Under the pieces are notes generated by a model. It was not told the DNA's origin. It saw only the letters and a list, made by a program, of their open reading frames with translations, and searched no databases. Below, one piece after another: positions 21,974-30,530 of a stretch of 64,000 nucleotides of DNA (its first letter is position 1; each line of letters starts with the position of its first letter). The position numbers and the translations under genes are program-made. Origin of the DNA: an uncultured Actinomycetes bacterium (GTDB lineage: Bacteria; Actinomycetota; Thermoleophilia; UBA2241); the NCBI GenBank assembly GCA_963709345.1, contig CAVPVX010000002.1, positions 256,001-320,000 of the forward strand, written 5' to 3'.

Positions 21974-22831
21974 ATGGCCCAAGAGAAGATAGCGATCCTT
22001 GTCGACTCCTGCTCGGACGTTCCGGAGGAGCTCCGTCACAAGTACGGCATGTATGTGGTGCCGATGACGATCATCTACCCGGACGCGGAGTACTGCGACG
22101 GCGTCGACATACGGACCGATGACGTCTACGCGCGGTTCCCGCAGGAGATCCCCTCGACGTCGCTGCCGAGCCCGTCGGTCGTCGCGGATGCCTTCAAACA
22201 GATCAAGGCCGACGGCTACGAGAAGGTCGTGTCCGTCGCCATCTCCAGTGGGCTGAGCGGCACCTTCGAGATGCTCAGAAGCTTCGGCCCCGCCCCCGAG
22301 GGACTCGAGACCTGCTACGTCGACACGAAGAACATCGGCATCGGTAGCGGCTTCTCCGCCATACGTGCCGGCGAGCTCATCGAGCAGGGACTGCCGTTCG
22401 CCGAGGTGTGCCGCGAGGTCGAGAGCGCGGCACGGCACACCAAGCTCTTCTTCTGCGTCTCGACGCTCTCGTATCTCGTGAAGGGCGGCCGCATCGGTCT
22501 CGTCGCAGGCTTGGTGGGCAGCATCTTCGATCTGAAGCCCGTCATCTCGTGCAACGAAGACGGAATCTACTACACCGTGGCGAAGACGAGGGGGCGCAAG
22601 AAGTCGCTCCAACTGGCGCTCCAGAAGGCCGTCGAATACGCGGCGGGCGGCGAGGAGTACAACGTAGCGGTGATGCACGGAGCCGCGAAGCCGGAGGCCG
22701 ATGAGTTTCTGGCAGCCCTGAAGGCCCAGCTCCCGGACTTCCACCTCGCGATCGAGGGCCAGATAACCCCTGTGCTCGTCGTCCACACCGGCCCCGGCCT
22801 CATCGGCATCGGCATTCAGCGCCTGGCGTAG
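21974..22831 (+). CDS. DegV/FakB-family fatty acid-binding protein
   Basis: Motifs DSCSD, PSTSLPS, ISSGLSGT, YLVKGGRIG and HTGPG. Confidence 0.95.
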   Translation: MAQEKIAILVDSCSDVPEELRHKYGMYVVPMTIIYPDAEYCDGVDIRTDDVYARFPQEIPSTSLPSPSVVADAFKQIKADGYEKVVSVAISSGLSGTFEMLRSFGPAPEGLETCYVDTKNIGIGSGFSAIRAGELIEQGLPFAEVCREVESAARHTKLFFCVSTLSYLVKGGRIGLVAGLVGSIFDLKPVISCNEDGIYYTVAKTRGRKKSLQLALQKAVEYAAGGEEYNVAVMHGAAKPEADEFLAALKAQLPDFHLAIEGQITPVLVVHTGPGLIGIGIQRLA

Positions 22832-22850
22832 GTCGTGCCGCCCGCTGCCG

Positions 22851-23003
22851 TCAGACCTCGTCCGCGGTCACGGCGACGGCGAACGGCACGCCGAGCGCCT
22901 CGAAGTGCTTCTTCCCGCAGCGCACCTTGTCGGCCTCGCTGGTCCGCAGCTGCAGGAAGTCGCGCGTGCCCTTGGTCTCGCGGATGAGCTCCTGTCTTGG
23001 CAT
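22851..23003 (-). pseudogene. C-terminal remnant of a type III restriction enzyme Res subunit
   Basis: 50-aa ORF absent from the ORF track: MPRQELIRETKGTRDFLQLRTSEADKVRCGKKHFEALGVPFAVAVTADEV. It resembles the Res C-terminal ETK...E..K..CG..HF pattern, recognised by eye. Confidence 0.7.
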
Positions 23004-23064
23004 GAGAGTACCACCACGATTCGATCGAGGTGGCTCCGGAGGTCCGCGTCCGCCTCCCCATCGT

Positions 23065-23094
23065 TTGCCCCCGCGCTCGCGCCCGTGATAGCAT
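23065..23094 (+). promoter_or_regulatory. rpsT promoter TTGCCC-N18-TAGCAT with TGn extension
   Basis: Consensus-like hexamers about 70 nt upstream of rpsT. Confidence 0.5.
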
Positions 23095-23162
23095 TTCGCG
23101 TCCGAACGCAGTCCCCACTGCCTCAGGAATCGTCACGCATCTAGCCTGATCGAAGGGATCAC

Positions 23163-23429
23163 GTGGCCAACATCAAGCAGCAGAAGAAGCGTATCCGCCT
23201 GGCCGCCAAGCAGCGGCTGCGCAACCGGCACACCAAGTCGACGCTCAAGACCCTGTTCAAGCAGCTCGAGAACGAGGTCGCCGAGGGTCAGGGCGAAGAG
23301 GCCGCGAAGACGGCCACTTTCCTCACCTCGCGCATCGACCAGGCCGCCGCCAAGGGCATCCTTCACAAGAACAACGCCGCCCACAAGAAGAGCCGCGTCG
23401 CGCACACCATCGCGCAGCTCTCTGCCTGA
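23163..23429 (+). CDS. rpsT: 30S ribosomal protein S20
   Basis: MANIKQQKKR...IDQAAAKGILHKNNAAHKKSR. Confidence 0.97.
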   Translation: MANIKQQKKRIRLAAKQRLRNRHTKSTLKTLFKQLENEVAEGQGEEAAKTATFLTSRIDQAAAKGILHKNNAAHKKSRVAHTIAQLSA

Positions 23430-23444
23430 GCGACGAGCTTCAGT

Positions 23445-23490
23445 AACGACGAAGAGGGCGGGCCGCGCGCGGCCCGCCCTCTTCGTCGTT
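23445..23490. terminator. Perfect 46-bp palindrome, probable bidirectional terminator between rpsT and holA
   Basis: AACGACGAAGAGGGCGGGCCGCG followed by its exact reverse complement, then CTTGTT. Confidence 0.8.
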
Positions 23491-23573
23491 CTTGTTCCGC
23501 CGCACCGGCCGCTACGCCGGGTCTACCCCGGCCGTCCGGCCCCACGCGCCGAGCCGTCCGGCCCGGCTCCTGC

Positions 23574-24593
23574 TCAGGCGAGCAGTCGGGCCAGCGCCAG
23601 TTCCATCACCAGCCGTTCGCCGTCGTTCACGCCGCCCACCGACTCGAGCGTCGCCGGCGCCCTGCCACGCAGGCCGGCCTCGGCCTCGGCCAGCGCCCGG
23701 TAGGCGCGACCCAGGCGGCGCCGGTCGTACTGCTCGCGCTGTTCCAGAAGCTTCTTGGCGGCGAAGGGGTGCACCCCCAGTTGCTTCGCCGCCGTCGACT
23801 GGTCGGCATGCGGCAGCTGTGACGCGGAGTCGAGCTTCTCGATGTGCCGTTTGAGGCTGTAGAGCACACCGTTGGCGTCGTTCCTCGAGTTGCCCGCCGC
23901 GTACAGAGCCTCGAGCAGCCGGAAGCTCTGCCCGCGGTCCCGGTGCCCCACCGCGTCCATGAGGTCGAAGATCGCCGTATCGTCGTCGGGCGTGCAGATG
24001 GCGTCCACGTCCGCCTTGGTCGGCGCCTCACCTCGACAGTACACCGCGAGCTTCTCCAGTTCCCGCTCGAGCTGTTCCGACCTTCCCGGGTCCGCTCCGC
24101 AGCGTGCGAGCAGGTGCTCTGCGACCGGCCGGGCCAGGCGCATCCGGTGCTCCTTGGCGCGTCCGGCGACCCAGCCCGCCATCTCCCACTTCTTGGGCAG
24201 GTCGAAGGGCAGGACCGTGCCCGCCTTGGCGACTGCCTTGTAGAGAGCGTCGGTCTTCGCGAGCTTCTCAGCCTCGAAGGCGATGCACGCGTCCGGCATG
24301 GGATCCTCGATGTAGTCCACCAGCGCCTTGCGCTGGTTGACGCGGAGCTTGTCAGCCCGCAGCACGAGAATGAGCCGCATTCCGAGCGCGAGGCTGGGCG
24401 CCGCAGTCGCGTCGAGCACCTCCCGCAGCGACTCCGCGGTTCGGGCCGAGTCGACCTCGAAGGTCAGGACGTTGAGGTCGCTCCCTCCGTCCCTGATGAC
24501 CCGCAGTCGCAAGCGCTCCACAGCGTAGCGGACCTTGGGGCGATCGGTGCCGACGATGAGATACGCGGGCTGCAGCGGGTCTGAGGAGGCCAT
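23574..24593 (-). CDS. holA: DNA polymerase III delta subunit
   Basis: Motifs YLIVG, ELEKLAVY, IFDLMDAV and LGVHPFAAKK. comEC-holA-rpsT synteny. Confidence 0.9.
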   Translation of the reverse strand: MASSDPLQPAYLIVGTDRPKVRYAVERLRLRVIRDGGSDLNVLTFEVDSARTAESLREVLDATAAPSLALGMRLILVLRADKLRVNQRKALVDYIEDPMPDACIAFEAEKLAKTDALYKAVAKAGTVLPFDLPKKWEMAGWVAGRAKEHRMRLARPVAEHLLARCGADPGRSEQLERELEKLAVYCRGEAPTKADVDAICTPDDDTAIFDLMDAVGHRDRGQSFRLLEALYAAGNSRNDANGVLYSLKRHIEKLDSASQLPHADQSTAAKQLGVHPFAAKKLLEQREQYDRRRLGRAYRALAEAEAGLRGRAPATLESVGGVNDGERLVMELALARLLA

Positions 24594-24691
24594 CGTGCCG
24601 TGAGGATAGCACGCGGGCTCGACGCCCGGCCCGGCCCGCACTAGGATGCGGAGCGGCCGACGGCACCGGCCACAGACACCGGAGGGCCCGC

Positions 24692-26020
24692 ATGACGAAC
24701 CCAGCGCTGACAGTCGCCGCGAACGAGACGTCGCCGGCGCTCGTCGCGCTGCTCGCGGTCGTCGTCGTGGTGGAGTTGGGGCTGCTGGCGTGGGCGCTCG
24801 TCGACCTGTACCGGCGCCCGGCCGCGCAGATCAACGGCGGGAGCAAGATCCCCTGGCTGATCCTGTGCCTGCTGCTCCAGGTGATCGGGCCCGTCCTGTA
24901 CCTCGCGGTCGGCCGGGAGCGATCGGCGAAGGTGGCGGAGATCCCATCCCTCGGCGCCGCGGTCCCTCCGCCGCCGGCGGTCCGGGGCGTAGACGTGGAC
25001 GCAGTCGTCGACGCGCTCTTCGCGGGACCGGCGGCCGGGCCGGTGGGCGCAGCCGGCGCCATCCGCGACGAGCCGGACGGCGCAGCCGCCTCCGGCCCGG
25101 CCGTCGACCTCCGCGACGTGAGCAAGGCCTTCAAGGACTCGGTCGCGCTCGACGGCCTCACCCTGAGCGTGCCGCCCGGCTCCATCTATGGCTTCCTCGG
25201 CCCTAACGGCGCCGGCAAGACGACGACCCTGCGGATCCTCGCCGGCCTCGCCCGCGCCGACGCCGGGGTGGTCAGGATCCTGGGCAGCGACGTCGCCGGC
25301 GGCGGGGCCGACGCGCGCAGCCTGATCGGCTTTCTCCCCGACGTCCCGGCCTTCTACAAGTGGATGACGGCGCCCGAGTACCTGCGCTTCGCCGGCAGCC
25401 TGTTCGGCCTTTCGGGCGGCGAGCTCGACGACCGAGTGGCGGCGATGCTCGAGCTCGCCGGGCTGACCGGCGTGCGCACCCGGGTCGGCGGGTTCTCGCG
25501 CGGGATGAAGCAGCGTCTCGGCGTCGCCCAGGCGCTCATCCACGGCCCGCGGGTGCTGCTGCTCGACGAACCGACGAGCGCGCTCGACCCCATCGGCCGG
25601 CGCGACGTCCTCGACATGGTGGCATCGCTACGCGGGCGCACCACCGTCTTCTTCTCCACGCACATCCTCGCCGACGTCGAGCGCGTCTGCGACACGGTCG
25701 CGGTCATCGCCCACGGCAAGGTCGTAGCGCAGTCGGGCATCGACGAGCTGCGCAGCCGCAGAGGCGGCCTCAACCGCCTCAGCATCGCGGTCGACGACCC
25801 GCAGCGGCTGTGGGAGGGCCTCACGGGAGAAACGTGGCTACGCACAGTGGAGGTGGGTGAGTCCGGCGAGCTCCTCGTCACCTGCGACGACGTTGAAGCG
25901 GCGCAGCGCGAGCTGCCGGCCCTGGTGGGCCGGCTCGGCCTCGCGCTGCGCCGCTTCGGCGTCGACGAGCTCGACCTCGAAGACGTCTTCGTCGATCTCG
26001 TCGGGGAGGGCCGGCGATGA
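24692..26020 (+). CDS. ABC transporter ATP-binding protein with an N-terminal PLDc_N-like two-TM domain
   Basis: N-terminal ALVDLYRRP...KIPWLIL...IGPVLYLAVGR. Walker A GPNGAGKTT, signature FSRGMKQR and LLLDEPT. Confidence 0.9.
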   Translation: MTNPALTVAANETSPALVALLAVVVVVELGLLAWALVDLYRRPAAQINGGSKIPWLILCLLLQVIGPVLYLAVGRERSAKVAEIPSLGAAVPPPPAVRGVDVDAVVDALFAGPAAGPVGAAGAIRDEPDGAAASGPAVDLRDVSKAFKDSVALDGLTLSVPPGSIYGFLGPNGAGKTTTLRILAGLARADAGVVRILGSDVAGGGADARSLIGFLPDVPAFYKWMTAPEYLRFAGSLFGLSGGELDDRVAAMLELAGLTGVRTRVGGFSRGMKQRLGVAQALIHGPRVLLLDEPTSALDPIGRRDVLDMVASLRGRTTVFFSTHILADVERVCDTVAVIAHGKVVAQSGIDELRSRRGGLNRLSIAVDDPQRLWEGLTGETWLRTVEVGESGELLVTCDDVEAAQRELPALVGRLGLALRRFGVDELDLEDVFVDLVGEGRR

Positions 26021-26781
26021 AGGGCTTCGCACCGTTCCTGCGCAAGGAGTTCGGCGAGACGGTCAAGACGTGGCGTCTCTGGGTCCTCCCCGGCTTCCTG
26101 CTGTTCGCGGCACTCAGCTCGCCGCTGGTCACGTATCTCATGCCGACGCTGCTCGACAGCCTCGGGACCGCGCAGCAAGGGCTCACCATCACCGTCGCCG
26201 ACCCGACCGCCCTGCAGGCCTATCTGGAGTACCTCGGCAATCTCGGCGAGCTCACGCTCTTCGCCCTCGTCATCGCCTACGGGGGCATCGTGAGCGGCGA
26301 GGTGCGCGGCGGCACGGCGGCGCTCACGCTGGCCAAGCCGCTCTCGCGCGCCTCCTTCGTCACCGGCAAGTGGCTCTCTCAGGCGGCGGTCGTCATGGTG
26401 GCTGCGGCTCTGGGGACGGTCATCTGCATCGGGTTGACGCAGCTGTTGTTCGACGGCGGCCCGTCGGGCCGGACGGTCATTGCCGTCGTCCTCTGGATCG
26501 CCTACGCGCTGATGCTGCTCGCCGTGATGGTGCTCCTCAGCGTCGAGCTCAAGGCGCCGGCGGCAGCCTCCGGGGCCGGCGTCGGCGTCTACGCCGCGCT
26601 GCTCGTGCTCGCGCAGTTCGAGGTCACAAGCGGCGCGACCCCCGCGGGCCTGCCGGCGGCGGGGTTTGCCATCGTTCGCAACGAGCCCGCGCAGTGGGCG
26701 GGACCTCTCGTCGCCACCGTCATCGTCACCGCCGCTTGCCTGGTGGCCGCCGTCCTCCGCTTCGAGCGGCACGAGATCTAG
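26017..26781 (+). CDS. ABC-2 type permease (YxlG-like)
   Basis: Motifs LRKEFGE and GEVRGGT...LAKPLSR...GK, about 6 TMs. ATGA coupling to the ATPase. Confidence 0.9.
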   Translation: MKGFAPFLRKEFGETVKTWRLWVLPGFLLFAALSSPLVTYLMPTLLDSLGTAQQGLTITVADPTALQAYLEYLGNLGELTLFALVIAYGGIVSGEVRGGTAALTLAKPLSRASFVTGKWLSQAAVVMVAAALGTVICIGLTQLLFDGGPSGRTVIAVVLWIAYALMLLAVMVLLSVELKAPAAASGAGVGVYAALLVLAQFEVTSGATPAGLPAAGFAIVRNEPAQWAGPLVATVIVTAACLVAAVLRFERHEI

Positions 26782-26821
26782 CGCGATCGGCGCCGGGCCG
26801 CCTGCCACCGTCCCGGAGACC

Positions 26822-29194
26822 TCATCCTCCCCGCTCCGCCGTCACGTACAGCGCGCCCGCCTCGACCCACACCACGATGTCGCCGCGCTCGTCGGTACGC
26901 ACGAACGGGACGCCTCCTGCACCGAGCACGTCGAGCGCCTCCGATGCTGGATGCCCATGCCGGTTCTCGCCGACGGGGACCACGGCCAGTCGCGGCGCGA
27001 GCGCGCCGAGAAGGCCGGCGTCGAACCCCCCCGCGCTGCCGTGATGCGGCACGCCGACCACGACGCAGGGGGGCAGATCCAGGTTCTCGAGCACCTGCCC
27101 CTCCGCATCACCCGGCAGGAGCAGCCGGCGGCCGGCGAGCTCGACGACCACCACAAGCGCGTCGTCGTTCTCCTTCTGGTTCTGGTCGACGCCGGCGACC
27201 GGATCGGCAGCCAGGATCTGCAGACTCCAGCCGTCACCGCCCAGGCGGAGCTCCGACGCACACCGGCGCACATCCGTCCCCTCGGCGCGCATCCGGTCCT
27301 CGACCTCGTCGAGGGCGGCCGAGGGATCCTCCGGTTCCGGGAGCAGCGCTGCCGCGACGGGCAGGCCGCCGACGACGTCCTCGAGGCCCCCGACGTGGTC
27401 CGCGTGTCCGTGTGAGAGCACGAGCAGGTCGATCTCGCCGACCCCGTGCAGCTGCAGATCGCGGGCCAGCGGCTCGGGACCGGCGTCCACGAGGATCGTC
27501 GGGCCGTCGGGGATCTGCAGCAGGGTGGCCGCCCCCTCACCGACGTCGAGGAACGTGAGCGTCGGCCTGTTCGGCGGCCGCATGGGAGCCGGCGCCACGA
27601 GCAGAGCGGCCGCGACCAGTGTCGCCGTCGCGGTGACCAGCGCCGGCCATCGCCGGCGGTCGCGCGCGTAGGCGAGCACGCCGCCGCCGGCCCTCGTGGC
27701 AAGCGTGACCACCACGGCGACCTCCACGAGGAAGCCAACGACCAGGACAGACCGCAGCGTAACTCCCTGGTATTCGTAGACCGCTCCGGGCAGGCCGGCG
27801 AAGAAGTGCGACACCGCAAGCAGGAAGCCGATGAAGAGCCCGGCGGCGACGTTCAGTGGCGCCGACAGCCACTCGCTCACGAACCCCAGCAGCAGTGAGA
27901 GCATGCCGAGAAACATGATGGGGCCGAGCACGAAGCCGCCGGCGACGTTGGCCGGCACGCTGACGAGCGAGGCGGAGCCGAACGTCAGCATCGAGACGGG
28001 TGCGGTGGAGATGCTGGCCGCCGCCGTCACCCCCACCTGCTCGGGAAGCGGGCCCGGCAGGAACGAGACGGCGCGAATGAGCGGCCTGGCGAGCACCAGC
28101 AGGCCGACCACCGCACCGAACGACAGCTGGAAACTCACGTCGAAGAGGTTGTTGGGATTCACCGTGAGCAGCCACGCCGCCGGGGCGAGCCACAGCAGCC
28201 AGCCGTCGCTGGGACGCGAGGCGAGGATCGCGAGCAGCCCGCAGATGCCGGCGACCCCGGCGCGGACGATGGACGGCGACGCGCCGGTGAGCAACACGTA
28301 CGTTGCCACGACGGGCAACAGCAGCGCAGTTCGCAGAAGCCGGTGCATGCCGAGCAGCGCGAACGCGAACGACCACATCGTGCAGAGCAGCACCACATTC
28401 TCCCCCGAGACCGCCATGATGTGCAGCAGGCCGCTCTTGCGGAAGTCCTCGACGAGCGTCTCGTCGACACCCTCGTCGTCGCCGAGGACCATGCCTTGCA
28501 GCACGTCGCCGACGGGCGAATGCACGCCGGCGGCGAGATGCGCGCGCGACGCGAGGCGGAGCCGGTCGACCACGCCCTGGAGGCCGCCCCGTCGACCGAC
28601 GACGGCGAGGTCGGCGAAGTCGGCTTCGAGCAACACATGCTCTCCGCGCCGCCGCAGGTAGCGACCATAGTCGAACTCCCCCGGCTCGGGGTCCGGCAGC
28701 GGATCGACGCTCACGGAGGGTAGCCGCAGCAGCGCGCCCTCCGTCAGCGGCCCGGTCGGGTCGTGGCCGAAGGTCTGCCCCTCCTCAAGCCGCAGACGCA
28801 GGTGTGCGGGTTCGCTGAGCTCAACCCCGTTCACGCCGGTCACGCGCACCGCGAGCGTGACCTGATCCTCCTTGGCGGACGGAAGATCCGTCAGCACCGC
28901 CGCAAGGGCGACGTGCTCGCCGACATAGGGCGCCAGCGTGGAGCGGGCGATCGCGTCGAGGCGGGCGCCGCCGAGCACGGCGCCGGCGCAGACGAAGAGC
29001 ACGCAGAGGCCTGCGGCGGCTGCTGCGGGGGCGCGTCTGCCGAGCGCCGGCGCGCGGACCGACGCCACGAGCGCGCCGGCGGCCAGCGCGGCGGCCGCGG
29101 CCGCCAGCGCGAGCGGCGGCCGCCACGCCAGCGCCAGACAGAGGCCGGCGCAGTACCCGCCGAGCAGCAGATGCGGTGGAGCGGGCAGGCGCAC
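26822..29194 (-). CDS. comEC: DNA uptake protein ComEC/Rec2
   Basis: Motifs PGEFDY, GLLHIMAVSGEN, SPSIVRA and SFQLSF. Metallo-beta-lactamase domain with HGHADH and PHHGS. Confidence 0.95.
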   Translation of the reverse strand: MRLPAPPHLLLGGYCAGLCLALAWRPPLALAAAAAALAAGALVASVRAPALGRRAPAAAAAGLCVLFVCAGAVLGGARLDAIARSTLAPYVGEHVALAAVLTDLPSAKEDQVTLAVRVTGVNGVELSEPAHLRLRLEEGQTFGHDPTGPLTEGALLRLPSVSVDPLPDPEPGEFDYGRYLRRRGEHVLLEADFADLAVVGRRGGLQGVVDRLRLASRAHLAAGVHSPVGDVLQGMVLGDDEGVDETLVEDFRKSGLLHIMAVSGENVVLLCTMWSFAFALLGMHRLLRTALLLPVVATYVLLTGASPSIVRAGVAGICGLLAILASRPSDGWLLWLAPAAWLLTVNPNNLFDVSFQLSFGAVVGLLVLARPLIRAVSFLPGPLPEQVGVTAAASISTAPVSMLTFGSASLVSVPANVAGGFVLGPIMFLGMLSLLLGFVSEWLSAPLNVAAGLFIGFLLAVSHFFAGLPGAVYEYQGVTLRSVLVVGFLVEVAVVVTLATRAGGGVLAYARDRRRWPALVTATATLVAAALLVAPAPMRPPNRPTLTFLDVGEGAATLLQIPDGPTILVDAGPEPLARDLQLHGVGEIDLLVLSHGHADHVGGLEDVVGGLPVAAALLPEPEDPSAALDEVEDRMRAEGTDVRRCASELRLGGDGWSLQILAADPVAGVDQNQKENDDALVVVVELAGRRLLLPGDAEGQVLENLDLPPCVVVGVPHHGSAGGFDAGLLGALAPRLAVVPVGENRHGHPASEALDVLGAGGVPFVRTDERGDIVVWVEAGALYVTAERGG

Positions 29195-29203
29195 GGCGCG
29201 CCC

Positions 29204-29857
29204 TCAGACCGTGATGGAGGCCTGCATGGACGCGAACTTGGCGTCGCCGATGCCCGGGACCTCCTTGATCTCCTCGATGGTCTTGAAGCCGCCGTTGGCC
29301 GTGCGATAGTCGATTATCTTCTGGGCCGTGGACGGCCCCACCCCGTCGAGCGCGTCGAGCTCCTCGAGCGACGCCGTGTTGATATTGACAAGCGCGCCCG
29401 AACCCGTGGAGCCCGCCGGAGCGGCGCCGAGCGCGCCGCCGGAGGATCCGTCCGGCGCCGCCGCAAGCGGCGCTGCTCCCCGCTCCGGGACGAAGATCTG
29501 CTGGCCGTCGGTCACCGGCGCCGCGAGGTTCACGGCGGCCAGCTCGGCCCTGGCCGTAGGGCCGCCGGCGAGCTCGAGTGCGTCGGTGACCCGCGCTCCC
29601 GCCGGCAGCCGCACGACGCCGGGCGAGCGCACGGCGCCGCAGACATAGACCATCACGTCCGGGGACGACGGCGACGCGGACGAACCGGCGGCCTGAGCCG
29701 CGTCAGGCGAAGGCGATGCCGCCACAGGGGCGAGCACGACGGCCTGCGCCCCGGAGGGTCCGGCCTGCCGCGGCAGCACGACGTAACGCACACCGACGGC
29801 GACGACCACCGCGGCGACGGCGACGTAGGCGATGATCTGACGTCGAGAGAGCTGCAC
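29204..29857 (-). CDS. comEA: Competence DNA receptor ComEA
   Basis: TM, then an SLBB domain ([15 protein letters not shown]...DGQQI) and helix-hairpin-helix repeats (NINTAS, GVGPS, GIGD). SD GGAGGT. Confidence 0.95.
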   Translation of the reverse strand: MQLSRRQIIAYVAVAAVVVAVGVRYVVLPRQAGPSGAQAVVLAPVAASPSPDAAQAAGSSASPSSPDVMVYVCGAVRSPGVVRLPAGARVTDALELAGGPTARAELAAVNLAAPVTDGQQIFVPERGAAPLAAAPDGSSGGALGAAPAGSTGSGALVNINTASLEELDALDGVGPSTAQKIIDYRTANGGFKTIEEIKEVPGIGDAKFASMQASITV

Positions 29858-30043
29858 GGCCCACCTCCGGCGCCATGATCGCTGAGGGAAGGACGGGCGC
29901 CGGAGGCGCGTCCGGCGCCCGTCGCGATGCAGGCTACGGCAGGGGTCGGCGCCGCGCATCGCCCCCCAGGGGCGATTTCACGGGGTGACCGGGACTGGAG
30001 TATCGTGGCCCGCGAAGCGATCACGCGACTGCGAGGAGACGGC

Positions 30044-30469
30044 ATGACGAGCAAAGCGCTGTTCACCGACGACGAGTGGCACACGCTCCAGTGGGCCGTG
30101 ACCGACACGATGGCCTACGTCTCGATGGCGGACTCCGGCTTCTGGGACACCTTCAAGGAGGCCACCGCGGCGGCGAAGTTCATGGCGAAGGCCAAATCGG
30201 ACACCGGCAGCCCTCTGGTCCACGATCTGGCGGGCGACATCAAGGTCGGCCGCGACAAGCAGGTCACGCACGATCGTGCGGACATGGCCGGTGAGGTCGT
30301 GGCGCGTGTGAAGCAGGCCGCCGACATCGTCGCCGCCAAGTCGCCGACCGACCTCGCGGCCTTCAAGAGCTTCCTCCTCGGCATCGCGCAAACGACCGCC
30401 GAGGCCACCAAGGGCGTCGGCCCGCACGAGGCCACGGCGCTGGCGAAGCTGCAGGACGCGCTGTTCTGA
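30044..30469 (+). CDS. Hypothetical all-alpha protein
   Basis: SD GAGGAG, strong GC3 bias and protein-like composition (FTDDEW...GVGPHEATAL). Confidence 0.8.
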   Translation: MTSKALFTDDEWHTLQWAVTDTMAYVSMADSGFWDTFKEATAAAKFMAKAKSDTGSPLVHDLAGDIKVGRDKQVTHDRADMAGEVVARVKQAADIVAAKSPTDLAAFKSFLLGIAQTTAEATKGVGPHEATALAKLQDALF

Positions 30470-30496
30470 GCGGCGGGCTGCCGCCCCCAGCGGCAG

Positions 30497-30530
30497 GGCG
30501 GGCCGGCCGCCGAAGCCGCGCCGGCCCGCC
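30497..30530. terminator. Hairpin between the convergent hypothetical gene and leuS
   Basis: 11-bp stem GGCGGGCCGGC/GCCGGCCCGCC. Confidence 0.5.
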
